Origin: Candidatus Heimdallarchaeota archaeon
GTDB taxonomy: Archaea; Asgardarchaeota; Heimdallarchaeia; Heimdallarchaeales; Kariarchaeaceae
NCBI GenBank assembly: GCA_030149205.1
Contig: JASBSB010000007.1
Location: 330,001 to 362,000 of the forward strand
Length of the DNA: 32,000 bases
Reading direction: 5' to 3'
Both the position numbers and the translations under genes were made by a program. The number at the start of each line of letters is the position of its first letter. The first letter of the stretch is position 1. Shown here in pieces: positions 6,643 to 16,075 of the stretch. Under the pieces are notes generated by a model, which was not told the origin of the DNA, did no database searches, and worked only from the letters and a program-made list of their open reading frames with translations.

Positions 6643-9068
6643 CACCGGTTTCCCAAATAATTTGTGTATAGCTTTTCAAAGGATTCCATGCGCGTGGTGT
6701 TATAATTGAATAAACTCTCTAATAAAGGATAAATCGCATGCTTCCAAGATAAAATCATTTTTTCATTATTATTATTCATAAAATATGAATGACCAATCTT
6801 CAGATCCTTATCCATCTTTACTGACATTATTTGTTCATTTACCTTAGTAAACAATTTTAAAATATTAATAATTAGAGTCTTGTCATCCAAATTATTCTCT
6901 AACCAGCCACTTAGTTTTGATTCTGAAGGATACATTGGGTAAAAATAAAATCTACGCTTGAGAGCTTGATCCATGAGTTTTATAGAATGATCAGAGGAGT
7001 TCATTGTGCCAATAATAAACAAATTTGAAGGGATTTTCAACTTCTTCTCAGAATAAACAGTATTGAACAATTTATCCCGATATTCTAAGCCGAAAATTAA
7101 CTCACCAAAAATTGTTGATAGGTCACCTCGATTAATTTCATCTATGATAAGTAGAAATTTCTCATTTTCAAATTGTAAGGCTCTCTCACAAATCTCTCTA
7201 AATATCTTGTTTTGAACGCTATAAACTAGTTTGCCGTTTTCATTGGTATTAACGCTGATGCCCTCAATAAAATCTTCATAACCATAAGAGGGATGAAATT
7301 GTATCAGTTCCCAGTTTGTATTGTATTTAGAGAACCTTTTCGCAAACTCCTGAGCTAAATACGTTTTTCCTGTACCTGGGGGCCCTGTTAGAATTATTTG
7401 ATTTTTTTCTTCTAAAATTAGTTTTATTTCATTAAATTCATCATCAGAGATATCGGGGCTTATTTCTCGCATCTTTTCAGATAAGGGTGTTAGATATCGA
7501 CCCTCTTTGTTTTGACCCTCTTTTATTGATTCCTCTGCAAGCAATTTTCCTATTAATGTATCGACTTCCTCAAAACTTTCCCTTAAGTATTCAACAAATG
7601 TAATGGGTAAAAGATGTAAAAATCCTTGTACCCCCCGTCCATTTTTGTCAAAAACAGGTGAATAAATTCTTTGATTTTCATCAATCTCCAACCTCTTTAC
7701 TGGATTTTTGAGAAGAAGGTGATTCACTTTTAGGTAATTGCCAGATTCTTCAGTAGAATGAACAAACAGCCCAAGATCACTTGCCTCATCAGGTCTTAAT
7801 TCTCCATAGTTATCAATCACATGGCTAATGGCATAAATAGATTGATCTCTATAACTTATCAAAAAATCCCCAGGATTGATTGAGGTAATTATTTTGTGAA
7901 AAGGATAATTAGAAAGGGGTGCAAATATGCTGCCTTTATCCAATTCTTCTTGAGATGCTTTCCCACAAAAATGCCAATATAATTTAGGAACTCTAATTTT
8001 ACCAGCATTAACCTCTAATAAGAAGCGATGCAATTCAATGAAGCTCAGAGATCCAAAATACTCAGATAAGTTTTCTAAGATCGTTACTCTTAGATGATCT
8101 TCCCCACTAGATAGCTCCATAATATCTAAAGCACCTTTAACTTTATCATTAACTATTGGTATTGAACCCATTGATTGAATGAATACTAATTCTCTGGCAA
8201 AAGCTAGATCCAAATGCTCAATCTTTGTTAATTGTTTGATTTTATCTTGATAAGATAATTGATTGTCCTTTAAAATTTTAAAAATTTGTTCTAAAATGCT
8301 TTTTCTTGTTTGTCCGTCGGTTTGAGCAGCCAAATCTTTTGTTCTAGTTTCAAAAATTAAAGATCCACTTATATCAACTTTATCTTCATTAATGGCATTA
8401 AGTACCTGTTTTTCAAAATTGTAGGATGGATTTTCTACAAGCTGTTTCTCAATTGTTTCTATTGATTGATCTCCCACCGTCCCTTTTCCACTGTTATACC
8501 AAAAGTTTGATAAAAAACTATCCACATCAATATTCTCATTTTTCAGCATCTCGCTTTGTCTTTTTACTAAGTATTGATCTAATAAAACCCATCCGTGTGC
8601 AGTTCTATTTTTCGTGTATTCTTTATACTTCTTCTTCCATTGCTCAAGATAAGCATCATTATACAGCGGTTTGGAGTATGGAATATTAATCGTATAGTTT
8701 TCAAGTTCTACTACCTGATTTTCAGAAACACTAAAACATGTGCCATATGGCCCTTTGATTATCGTTAACTCCTTAAGGATTGAATTTTCTATTAACCTCT
8801 CTTTTAATATTGGTTGTTGGAAGATTCTTTCATATCTGACAAAAATTGCATACTCATCCCCCATTTTCGCAGGGTTAGAAATGATCGATCCCTTTCCATA
8901 TATCCCTGCTTTATCACCTGACTGCCAGAAATATACTGTGTCATCAACATTTGTATTCTTTATATTTTTTTCAGCACTCCATTCCTCATGGGTTAATGCT
9001 CTCATCATAGTGTTTAATGGATATCGTTCTGGATTTGCTTGAAGAATCCAAGTTTGCATAAATTTCAA
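6642..9068 (-). CDS. mcrB: McrB-family AAA+ GTPase with an N-terminal EVE domain
   Basis: GPPGTGKT, QFHPSYGYEDFIEG, IIDEINRG, TMNSSD (NxxD) and ALKRRF. The N-terminus TWILQANP...DDTVYFWQSG..AGIYGKG resembles EVE. The start may be the ATG at 9059. Confidence 0.92.
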   Translation of the reverse strand: MKFMQTWILQANPERYPLNTMMRALTHEEWSAEKNIKNTNVDDTVYFWQSGDKAGIYGKGSIISNPAKMGDEYAIFVRYERIFQQPILKERLIENSILKELTIIKGPYGTCFSVSENQVVELENYTINIPYSKPLYNDAYLEQWKKKYKEYTKNRTAHGWVLLDQYLVKRQSEMLKNENIDVDSFLSNFWYNSGKGTVGDQSIETIEKQLVENPSYNFEKQVLNAINEDKVDISGSLIFETRTKDLAAQTDGQTRKSILEQIFKILKDNQLSYQDKIKQLTKIEHLDLAFARELVFIQSMGSIPIVNDKVKGALDIMELSSGEDHLRVTILENLSEYFGSLSFIELHRFLLEVNAGKIRVPKLYWHFCGKASQEELDKGSIFAPLSNYPFHKIITSINPGDFLISYRDQSIYAISHVIDNYGELRPDEASDLGLFVHSTEESGNYLKVNHLLLKNPVKRLEIDENQRIYSPVFDKNGRGVQGFLHLLPITFVEYLRESFEEVDTLIGKLLAEESIKEGQNKEGRYLTPLSEKMREISPDISDDEFNEIKLILEEKNQIILTGPPGTGKTYLAQEFAKRFSKYNTNWELIQFHPSYGYEDFIEGISVNTNENGKLVYSVQNKIFREICERALQFENEKFLLIIDEINRGDLSTIFGELIFGLEYRDKLFNTVYSEKKLKIPSNLFIIGTMNSSDHSIKLMDQALKRRFYFYPMYPSESKLSGWLENNLDDKTLIINILKLFTKVNEQIMSVKMDKDLKIGHSYFMNNNNEKMILSWKHAIYPLLESLFNYNTTRMESFEKLYTNYLGNR

Positions 9069-9376
9069 TAGATTACTTATTTAAGACTCTTTTTAGGGTC
9101 TCCTAAATAATTTACAAGACTCTAAAAGATCTGGTCAAAATCAATTAAGATGAATTGAGTAGTGATTCTATTTGGATCTCTCCATCTCTAAAGGAGGTAA
9201 ATCGTGTGAATGATGAGATTTGTAAATCCAAACAAACACTTAGCTTGATATAACCAGATACTTAATTTGAGCAAAATTTAAAATACTTTCAATATGGGGA
9301 TCTTTTATTTTTTTAGCTGGTGTAAAGGTCATTATCTCACACACATTTTTTTAATCGGAGTGTCTGGATGAATGTT

Positions 9377-9510
9377 ATGAAAAAGAGTTGGGAGAGGAGT
9401 TACCCATTATCCAACTATCCATGAAAGAGGTTACTGAGATATTTGAAACCATTTTAAAGAGGCATGGTGAAACTACGAATTTGTGGTTTTCGCTCATTGA
9501 GCATGATCTG
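9377..9510 (+). pseudogene. Frameshifted 5' remnant of the APH-family phosphotransferase gene at 12008
   Basis: About 79% identical (107/135 columns by hand alignment) to the start of the gene at 12008. A 29-bp perfect match links 9412-9440 to 12044-12072. A 1-nt deletion in codon 11 gives an early TGA. Confidence 0.9.
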
Positions 9511-9537
9511 GGTTATTTTTTGATCCTATAACGGCCC

Positions 9538-11301
9538 CTATGTTTTTCTTCTCTTAAGTATCACCAGAGCAAGAAAACTTGGGAGAAAAAGCAGAAGTGC
9601 AAATCCTGGCGTCGGCAGGGTGGGGGAGAACACAGGTGAGTTAGGCTGTGGTGAGGATGTCGAGGAAGATGTTATGGGAGTTGGAGTAGGTGTGGGAGTT
9701 GGAGTAGGTGTGGGAGTTGGAGTGGGTGTGGGAGTTGGAGTAGGTGGAGGGTTAGGGTTGTACTGAACTGTTACCCACACTAGATAGCTGACTGTGTCAC
9801 CATAAAGATCTGTGAAAACAACGGTCATATTGTAGGTACCCAATGCTAACCCATCAAAGCTGACAATCGTGCTGACACCAGATTTCCAGGTGCCACTCTT
9901 AAAAATGGTCGAGTTCTTGTAAACTGTGAAAGAGGCAGGTTTGTCATCAAGAATTGTCCAATTGAGTGCATGCCCTGTGGTCTTTTCTTTGAAGGTTAAA
10001 TAACGAGTGGTGTTAGATTGCAGAAGGTTAAAACTGGAGATTACTCTCTTACCTGAGAATATAAAAAAGGGGGAAGGTACATTGAGCAGAATATTTCGTT
10101 GCATTAGAATATTATCTGCCATATCAAGACGAATGCTTCCATTACAGTCTCTGATTACATTTCCACTAATTGTCGAATGATTACTGGAGGAAAGAGAAAT
10201 ACCATAATAGCTGTTGTTCACTGTGTTCCTACTCACTGACGAAAAATTACTGAAGTCAAGACGGATTCCATAACTGTTGCTATGGCTCACTACTCCGTTC
10301 CCACTCACAACGGAATTGGTGCTGGAGAGAACAGAAATGCCAGACAATGCAGTGTTGTTCACTCTGTTCCCCATCACGGTGGAAGAGTTGCTTGAATCAA
10401 GATAGATACCATAAAAATTGGTGTTTTTCACTGTATTCCCACTCACTGTCGAAAAATTACTGTAGTAAACAGAGATACCTCCAGTTTTGTCCAATGTGTT
10501 TCCACTCACTGTTGATTTGTTGTTTGAGAAAAGAGCGATGCCATTCCACGTGTTGTTATTCAAAGTGTTTCCACTCGCAACAGCATTGTTACTGGAGGAA
10601 AGAAGAATGCAATAAGCATTGCAGTTGTTCAGTGTGTTCCCACTCACCGTCGAAAAATTACTGGAGGAAACAGAGATACCACCACTTTTGTTCACGGTGT
10701 TCCCACTCACTGTCGAAAAATTACTGGAGGAAACAGAGATACCAGGATACGTGGACGTACTGTTGCTCACTGTGTTCCCACTCACAACAGAATTGGTGCT
10801 GGAGGAAACAGAGATGCCAGAATTGCGGCTATTGCTCACTGTGTTCCCACTCACAATAGAGTTAGAGCTGGAGGCAAGAATAATGCCATAACTGCTGTTG
10901 ATAAGGGTGTTCCCACTCACTGTCGAATTTCCACTGGAGGAAAGATAGATCCCATATATAGAATTAGTGATTGTGTTGTTATAGAGGGTATAATACACCA
11001 TTGTGTTAAAAATTGATAGCCCATAGGATGTACCACCCCCATCAATCAACAAGTCCTTTATGATATAGGGGTTTGATTTTGATCCATTTCCAGTCCATCC
11101 ATTTGTAGTTGCCTTGTTAGCAAAGTCACCATCTGAGTAGATTGAGATTGGGGGACTGGCCTTCAGTGGGCTAATAGCTCGAGGGGTTTTTTTAACAGGG
11201 TTAATTAAGTCAGAAAAGTTTTCCCCTTGTATGACACCGAGCTGCGACATCCCTCCTAAAATTAGCAGAAGGATCAGTAGCTTTACCTTGAAATTTTTCA
11301 C
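9538..11301 (-). CDS. Secreted right-handed parallel beta-helix (NosD/CASH-like) surface protein with a Pro-Thr linker and a PGF-CTERM-like anchor
   Basis: N-terminal signal peptide, about 13 repeats of GIxLxxSxNxTVSGNTh, a (PT)n linker, and the C-terminus TPGFALLLFLPSFLALVILKRRKT. Confidence 0.9.
   Translation of the reverse strand: MKNFKVKLLILLLILGGMSQLGVIQGENFSDLINPVKKTPRAISPLKASPPISIYSDGDFANKATTNGWTGNGSKSNPYIIKDLLIDGGGTSYGLSIFNTMVYYTLYNNTITNSIYGIYLSSSGNSTVSGNTLINSSYGIILASSSNSIVSGNTVSNSRNSGISVSSSTNSVVSGNTVSNSTSTYPGISVSSSNFSTVSGNTVNKSGGISVSSSNFSTVSGNTLNNCNAYCILLSSSNNAVASGNTLNNNTWNGIALFSNNKSTVSGNTLDKTGGISVYYSNFSTVSGNTVKNTNFYGIYLDSSNSSTVMGNRVNNTALSGISVLSSTNSVVSGNGVVSHSNSYGIRLDFSNFSSVSRNTVNNSYYGISLSSSNHSTISGNVIRDCNGSIRLDMADNILMQRNILLNVPSPFFIFSGKRVISSFNLLQSNTTRYLTFKEKTTGHALNWTILDDKPASFTVYKNSTIFKSGTWKSGVSTIVSFDGLALGTYNMTVVFTDLYGDTVSYLVWVTVQYNPNPPPTPTPTPTPTPTPTPTPTPTPTPITSSSTSSPQPNSPVFSPTLPTPGFALLLFLPSFLALVILKRRKT
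9676..9747 (-). repeat. 4 x 18-bp tandem repeat encoding the Pro-Thr linker
   Basis: gggagttggagtaggtgt x4 on the plus strand, with two substitutions. Confidence 0.95.
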
Positions 11302-11322
11302 TGGAGTTGTATGTGAAAAATA

Positions 11323-11338
11323 TTATATAATCTTTTTC
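11323..11338 (-). promoter_or_regulatory. Archaeal BRE-TATA promoter for the beta-helix gene
   Basis: The minus strand reads GAAAAAGA TTATATAA, with the TATA box 22-29 nt upstream of the GTG at 11301. Confidence 0.65.
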
Positions 11339-11450
11339 TAGTACAGAGTGGAGATTTGAGTGAAGAAAGCCTCTACGTTTAAACTCAAATAATGTATATT
11401 TGTGGATGATATGCCTTAGAGGTTGTTTTTAAATTATATTTAATTGGTGA

Positions 11451-11912
11451 CCTAAAATAAAGAAATTCCTCGCACTGGTTCTGTTATTTGTTTATTATGC
11501 GTTATTTACCCAGTTGGCACCCCAATCTTGGCACTCTTCACAGTTAGGCACAGGAAATTTTGACAGGTTATTTTTTCCATTGATTTTGTTTAATTTTTTA
11601 TCTGTGGTGGCTACATTCTTATTCTCCATTTATTTTCTCTTCTCACTGGACAAAAGGCTTGGAATCCCAGGGTTTGGGAGATATGTTCTAATCTCACCAA
11701 TTTTCATTGGACCTATAATACTGATTTTGTTGGTAGCCACCGTCATTTCAATGATTCTTTTTGTTCCATTAGGAATCTTCCTTCTTGGTCTTACAGCTGT
11801 GCTATTTTTTGCTGTGGTTATCACTCTCCCAGCCTTGTATCAAAAAATCCTAGCCACTCTTCAACCCCATCTCTTCGCATCTCAACAATCCATAACTGAC
11901 ATTTCGAGTTAG
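11451..11912 (+). pseudogene. 5'-truncated paralogue of membrane gene 13269-13994
   Basis: In-frame homology extends upstream of the TTG at 11514 (LALVLLFVYYALFT...WHSSQL against LTMALLLVYYALIT...WHSLQL), but TGA at 11448-11450 blocks the frame and the N-terminal third is missing. Confidence 0.75.
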
Positions 11913-11936
11913 TCACGGCTTTAAAATTGTGGGTGA

Positions 11937-11963
11937 TTCCTGTGGTTCCTGTGGGTCCTGTGT
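11937..11963 (+). repeat. 3 x 9-bp direct repeat upstream of the APH promoter
   Basis: ttcctgtgg ttcctgtgg gtcctgtgt; the TATA-like TTTTAAAT is at 11980-11987. Confidence 0.7.
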
Positions 11964-12007
11964 AAAACCTTACACACACTTTTAAATCAGAGATTCAGGT
12001 AAATCTT

Positions 12008-13012
12008 ATGAAAGAGAGTTGGGAGCGGTCTCACCCATTTGTTCAACTATCCATGAAAGAGGTTACTGAGATCTTTGAACCCATTTTAAAGAGATACGGT
12101 ACAACAGCTGATCTGTGGTATACACCGATTGAACATGGGCTGTCCAATTCCAATTATAAGGTCATAATCAATGGCTCTAACAACTATCATTTAAAGATAT
12201 ATCGCCCTTGGAAGGAATATGGGCAGCTTGAAATAAAGGAGACTGAATTTTTGAGGTTTTTCGCAGGACAGATTCCTGTGCCTATTGTTGAGGAGGTCGG
12301 AAATTATCCAGCAAAACAACCGGAAATAGCTTATAGTATTCAATCTTGGATTCCCGGAAAACCACTGTCCAATTTTGAAAAAACTTCTGCAGAGCTGGGA
12401 TTCGCAATTGGGAAAAACCTATCAAAAATACACCAGTACTGCTATGCCAAATCTGGGATTCTTTACACACCGACTGATACAGTGAGTGTAATGAAATTTC
12501 AGCCTAAAGACGTCATATCACATATCAAGCAATTGCTGTCTGTTGGAAAATCTGGTCTTCATCTGGGTAAAGAGTTGTCTGAACAAGTTTGGGAGCTAGC
12601 CAAATCAAACCATGAATCATTTAAGAACCTTGAATTTGACCCTGTGCTCCTTCATGGAGATTTTAACCCTGAGAATTTACTGGTTGTACAATATCCAGAT
12701 GTTCAACTCACTGGGATCATAGATTGGGAATTTAGTTTTGCTGGTCCAAAATTTTTTGACATTGGGAACTTTTTTAGGTTTGGTTTCCAATTTATGACTG
12801 ATGAGTTCACAGAGAAATTTAGAAGGGGCTATGAGGCTCACGGGAAATTGGAGGAAAATTATTTGGAAATTAGCAAATACTATGACTTGCTAACACTGCT
12901 AAGCATCCTGGATAGGGATAAGGTGGATCAGAATCGGTTAGAAGACGTCCGTGGGAGAATACTCAGTCAAATCACCCAGAATAAATTTTTGAGCGGTCAT
13001 GAAGAGCCGTGA
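12008..13012 (+). CDS. Aminoglycoside phosphotransferase / choline-kinase-family phosphotransferase
   Basis: Gly loop IEHGLSNSNYKV, the catalytic-Lys strand YHLKIY, Brenner motif LLHGDFNPENLL and GIIDWEFS. Confidence 0.9.
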   Translation: MKESWERSHPFVQLSMKEVTEIFEPILKRYGTTADLWYTPIEHGLSNSNYKVIINGSNNYHLKIYRPWKEYGQLEIKETEFLRFFAGQIPVPIVEEVGNYPAKQPEIAYSIQSWIPGKPLSNFEKTSAELGFAIGKNLSKIHQYCYAKSGILYTPTDTVSVMKFQPKDVISHIKQLLSVGKSGLHLGKELSEQVWELAKSNHESFKNLEFDPVLLHGDFNPENLLVVQYPDVQLTGIIDWEFSFAGPKFFDIGNFFRFGFQFMTDEFTEKFRRGYEAHGKLEENYLEISKYYDLLTLLSILDRDKVDQNRLEDVRGRILSQITQNKFLSGHEEP

Positions 13013-13268
13013 TTACAAAGAATTTGGGACACTTGATTTTTGGAGACTATTAGGGTTATAGTATTGGAAGCTGTTAGTCATGGGAAGCCGTTATGTGTGT
13101 TTTACAGGGTAATAGCACATTTGTTTCAAGCAGGGGGTTAAGATGTGAGGTTGGATTATGGATCTCCCAGTTTGTCTTTAGAGCCTTTAGTTATAGCAGA
13201 TTAATTCATTTGCAAAAATAACTCTTTAATTCGAATGATTTTTAAAAGTGGTATTCTAGTCCTGCGTA

Positions 13269-13994
13269 ATGAACACCGTTTCATTCATTCGGAAGCTTTC
13301 TTATATCTTTGCAGCAGGAACATTCTTTATTGAGATGATGCTAGTGTTTGCTAACTTGGACTCTTTGTATGATTCTCCGCCGGGTGCAGGGCTATTTGAG
13401 TTAACACTTACCAATAATCTGTTTAACTTCTTTATTGGTGCCTTGTTAGTTTACTATTTTATATATAATTTTACACTGATTGAGCTCTTACCTCTGTTCC
13501 CCTCTGATTCCGAGGAATTCCGGAAATTTTATCATCTCAACATGCTCACTATGGCTCTGTTATTGGTGTATTATGCATTAATTACACCCTCTCTAAACTG
13601 GCACTCTCTACAGTTGAGCTTTACGAATTTTAGCTGGTTGATATTGCCATCGTTTATCTTTGTATTTTTATCTGGAGTGTTCACACTTATATTCTCCATC
13701 AATTTCCTCGTCTCAGAGGAAAAGAAGCTTAGAATTCAGTCGCTTAGAAGCTACATTCTCATCTCACCTGTTTTCATTGGATCAGTGTCATTGCTTTTGC
13801 TGGGTGTCTCTATCATCTTCATAATTTTGTTTGGAAACCTTGGGGTCTTCCTGCTTGTTATCAAGGCAGTATTGTTTGTCGCTGTGGTTGCCACCCTCCC
13901 AGGTTTCTTTGACAAGGTTCAGAACACACTCAGTATCCGCTCCTCCTCCTCTTATCACCCAGACACTGACTATTTTTCCAACCCTGAACTTTAA
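13269..13994 (+). CDS. Hypothetical polytopic membrane protein (paralogue family)
   Basis: 241 aa with about 6 hydrophobic segments; TTTTTAAAA at 13239-13247; shares Y.L.SP.F/V.G with its paralogues. Confidence 0.8.
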   Translation: MNTVSFIRKLSYIFAAGTFFIEMMLVFANLDSLYDSPPGAGLFELTLTNNLFNFFIGALLVYYFIYNFTLIELLPLFPSDSEEFRKFYHLNMLTMALLLVYYALITPSLNWHSLQLSFTNFSWLILPSFIFVFLSGVFTLIFSINFLVSEEKKLRIQSLRSYILISPVFIGSVSLLLLGVSIIFIILFGNLGVFLLVIKAVLFVAVVATLPGFFDKVQNTLSIRSSSSYHPDTDYFSNPEL

Positions 13995-14281
13995 TGTTAA
14001 GGTTTCACAGCACTCACAACAGGGTAACCCAACCAGTTGTGTAAAGTGATAAACCATTCAATAAACAATTTAATAATCCATTGCCACAGGTTCATCAGCA
14101 TCTCATCCAAGTAACTCCGGATGATAGAGCCATAAGTTGATAAGATTACTGCCACCGAGCAACTGTATTGCTTCACAATCGATTGTAATACCCTCGGATT
14201 TTGCAAAATTGCTTGTGAATTCCTGGGGTTGTCAGCTTGTCAGTGCAATTATTTTTATTTTCGATAATCTGTTTATTTCAT

Positions 14282-15067
14282 ATGGGGTCAATCGATCTCA
14301 TCAAGGTCATCTCATATCTCTTTGGAACCCTGACAATTGTTATTGAGGCACTCTTCTTTGTCACCTTCAATGATTACCTGTATCAGCCAAGGTCTCGATA
14401 CGTGTCATTTGCAGTGACACCTTCACCCCTCTTGTATCTTATCCTTTTTGTTGGGACTATACTCTTCATTCTGGTCTTTTATGTGGTTCTTTATATGATC
14501 AGCCTGTTCTGGGTTAGACGATTAATGCTGGCATCAGATCAGAATCCTCAGTTAACCTTCTGTCTAAAAGACTTCAACCTCCTCTATTACCTGATGGTAT
14601 TGCACACAGTCCTTCTCCTCCCCATATCATTGTTTGTTGGACTCCTCATCACCAACCTTTTTCCTCCAATCTTTCAATTTATCGATCTGGTTGGAATACC
14701 GATCCTGCTTGTCCCCATCCTGGGAATTGCCTCACTGGTGTTTACCATTAAACTGATCAACCAAGGTAAAACCGGCACAAAAAACAGACCATTCAGGCTA
14801 TATCTACTGTACTCTCCAGTTGTTGTAGGACTGTTTGTGTTTGTTTCAATAACCCTGCTGTTTCTTGGGCTGGCATTTCTTCAGCTCCTGTTTGCTATTC
14901 CCTCATCAATCATAATTATTGTGATCTTTGTTCTTATAACACTAGAGATGGTTTTGGTCTATTTCACATTCCCTGCAAGGCATCATGAGGCACTTAGCTT
15001 CTTCAGCTCTTCAGAAATACGCCAAAAAGACCTAGAACGTGAACTATTTCCAGCTTATGAGAGTTGA
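14282..15067 (+). CDS. Hypothetical polytopic membrane protein (paralogue family)
   Basis: The ORF track gives 14237-15067. Alignment to the 13269 gene (IRKLSYIF...IEMML against IKVISYLF...IEALF) favours the ATG at 14282. Confidence 0.8.
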   Translation: MGSIDLIKVISYLFGTLTIVIEALFFVTFNDYLYQPRSRYVSFAVTPSPLLYLILFVGTILFILVFYVVLYMISLFWVRRLMLASDQNPQLTFCLKDFNLLYYLMVLHTVLLLPISLFVGLLITNLFPPIFQFIDLVGIPILLVPILGIASLVFTIKLINQGKTGTKNRPFRLYLLYSPVVVGLFVFVSITLLFLGLAFLQLLFAIPSSIIIIVIFVLITLEMVLVYFTFPARHHEALSFFSSSEIRQKDLERELFPAYES

Positions 15068-15215
15068 CTGATGATTAAGGGGCAGACAGGACGAACAGGT
15101 TTAACTGAGAATATTAGGGGACTGATCCTCTCTGGAAACTGACCCCCTATGGGGGATGTAAACCTCAGGGGACTTAAAATAATGGATTAAAAGTTCATGA
15201 ATTGAGATGGGGGTA

Positions 15216-15893
15216 CTATAAATTGTATTCCTCCCACTCATTAGGTCTTCTTCCTCTGGGAGTTCTCGATAAATAGAATAGAACTGCAATAAAAGTGATT
15301 CCCGCAAGGATCGATAGGTTTTGAATGAATCCAATGGAATTATACGGGTTGCTGGTATTCGTTATCTCAGTGTTGTAGCTCTTGGATCTGAAATGGGACT
15401 GCACCTCATTCTCAACTGTTACATTCGTGACTCCTTTCCCTGTAATATGAAATCTCAGTTTGTAGAAGTTGGGGTCATCACCTTTTTCCTTTGAGGGGAG
15501 CTTTCCACTCTCTTGGTAGAGGTTTAACCAATAGATGGTTCTACCAAAAACTGAGGTGAGATTAAACCAGTCAAGAAAGAATGGGTCGGGCAATCCAGGA
15601 TACTTCACCGTCTGACTTTCATTGGCAACAACGGTGAATGAGATGTCCAATGATCCATTTATCTGGTTGGGGATCAGATAGAGTCTAGTTGAGATATTCT
15701 GTGTGCTGAAGTTAAATGAGGCTGCGATCCTGAAGTAATATTCAAACTCTCCGGAAGAGGAAAATAAGAGAGAAGTCTTTTTGGTTACTGGGTCGTTTAT
15801 TGGTACAGCAGTTGTATCAATGGCCACCTGGTTCATCGGCATCAAAAGGACAAAAACCAGGAGCAATGATATTCTTTTCAGATTTGATATCAT
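15216..15893 (-). CDS. Secreted, C-terminally membrane-anchored protein (paralogue B)
   Basis: Signal peptide, C-terminal TM helix and tail RPNEWEEY; aligns along its whole length with 16076-16807. Confidence 0.82.
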   Translation of the reverse strand: MISNLKRISLLLVFVLLMPMNQVAIDTTAVPINDPVTKKTSLLFSSSGEFEYYFRIAASFNFSTQNISTRLYLIPNQINGSLDISFTVVANESQTVKYPGLPDPFFLDWFNLTSVFGRTIYWLNLYQESGKLPSKEKGDDPNFYKLRFHITGKGVTNVTVENEVQSHFRSKSYNTEITNTSNPYNSIGFIQNLSILAGITFIAVLFYLSRTPRGRRPNEWEEYNL

Positions 15894-15938
15894 TGATTAG
15901 GTCAATTTACCTTCAGATGCTTATAAGGATTCTCACCC

Positions 15939-16016
15939 GATGAGTGTGAGCATGAGAATGAACATAGGTATGAACATAGGTATGAACATGGGCATGAGAA
16001 TGAACATAAGTATGAG
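15939..16016. repeat. Imperfect 6-bp tandem array (13 units, consensus NATGAR/CATAGG)
   Basis: gatgag tgtgag catgag aatgaa catagg tatgaa catagg tatgaa catggg catgag aatgaa cataag tatgag. Confidence 0.9.
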
Positions 16017-16075
16017 CATTCCGTACACATTTGCACCCTCGGACGAATATGAACCTGTGAATCTAGGTTACCCCA

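Noticed and set aside
9191-9253. Strong AAGGAGGT followed by GTG at 9206
   Set aside because: The ORF is only 15 codons with no recognisable similarity; at most an unassignable remnant.
10347-10891. Repetitive Cys-rich and Leu/Glu-rich plus-strand ORFs (10347-10859, 10619-10891)
   Set aside because: They are antisense shadows of the beta-helix repeats.
15939-16016. Possible CRISPR array
   Set aside because: The units are 6 bp with no unique spacers, and no cas genes are present.
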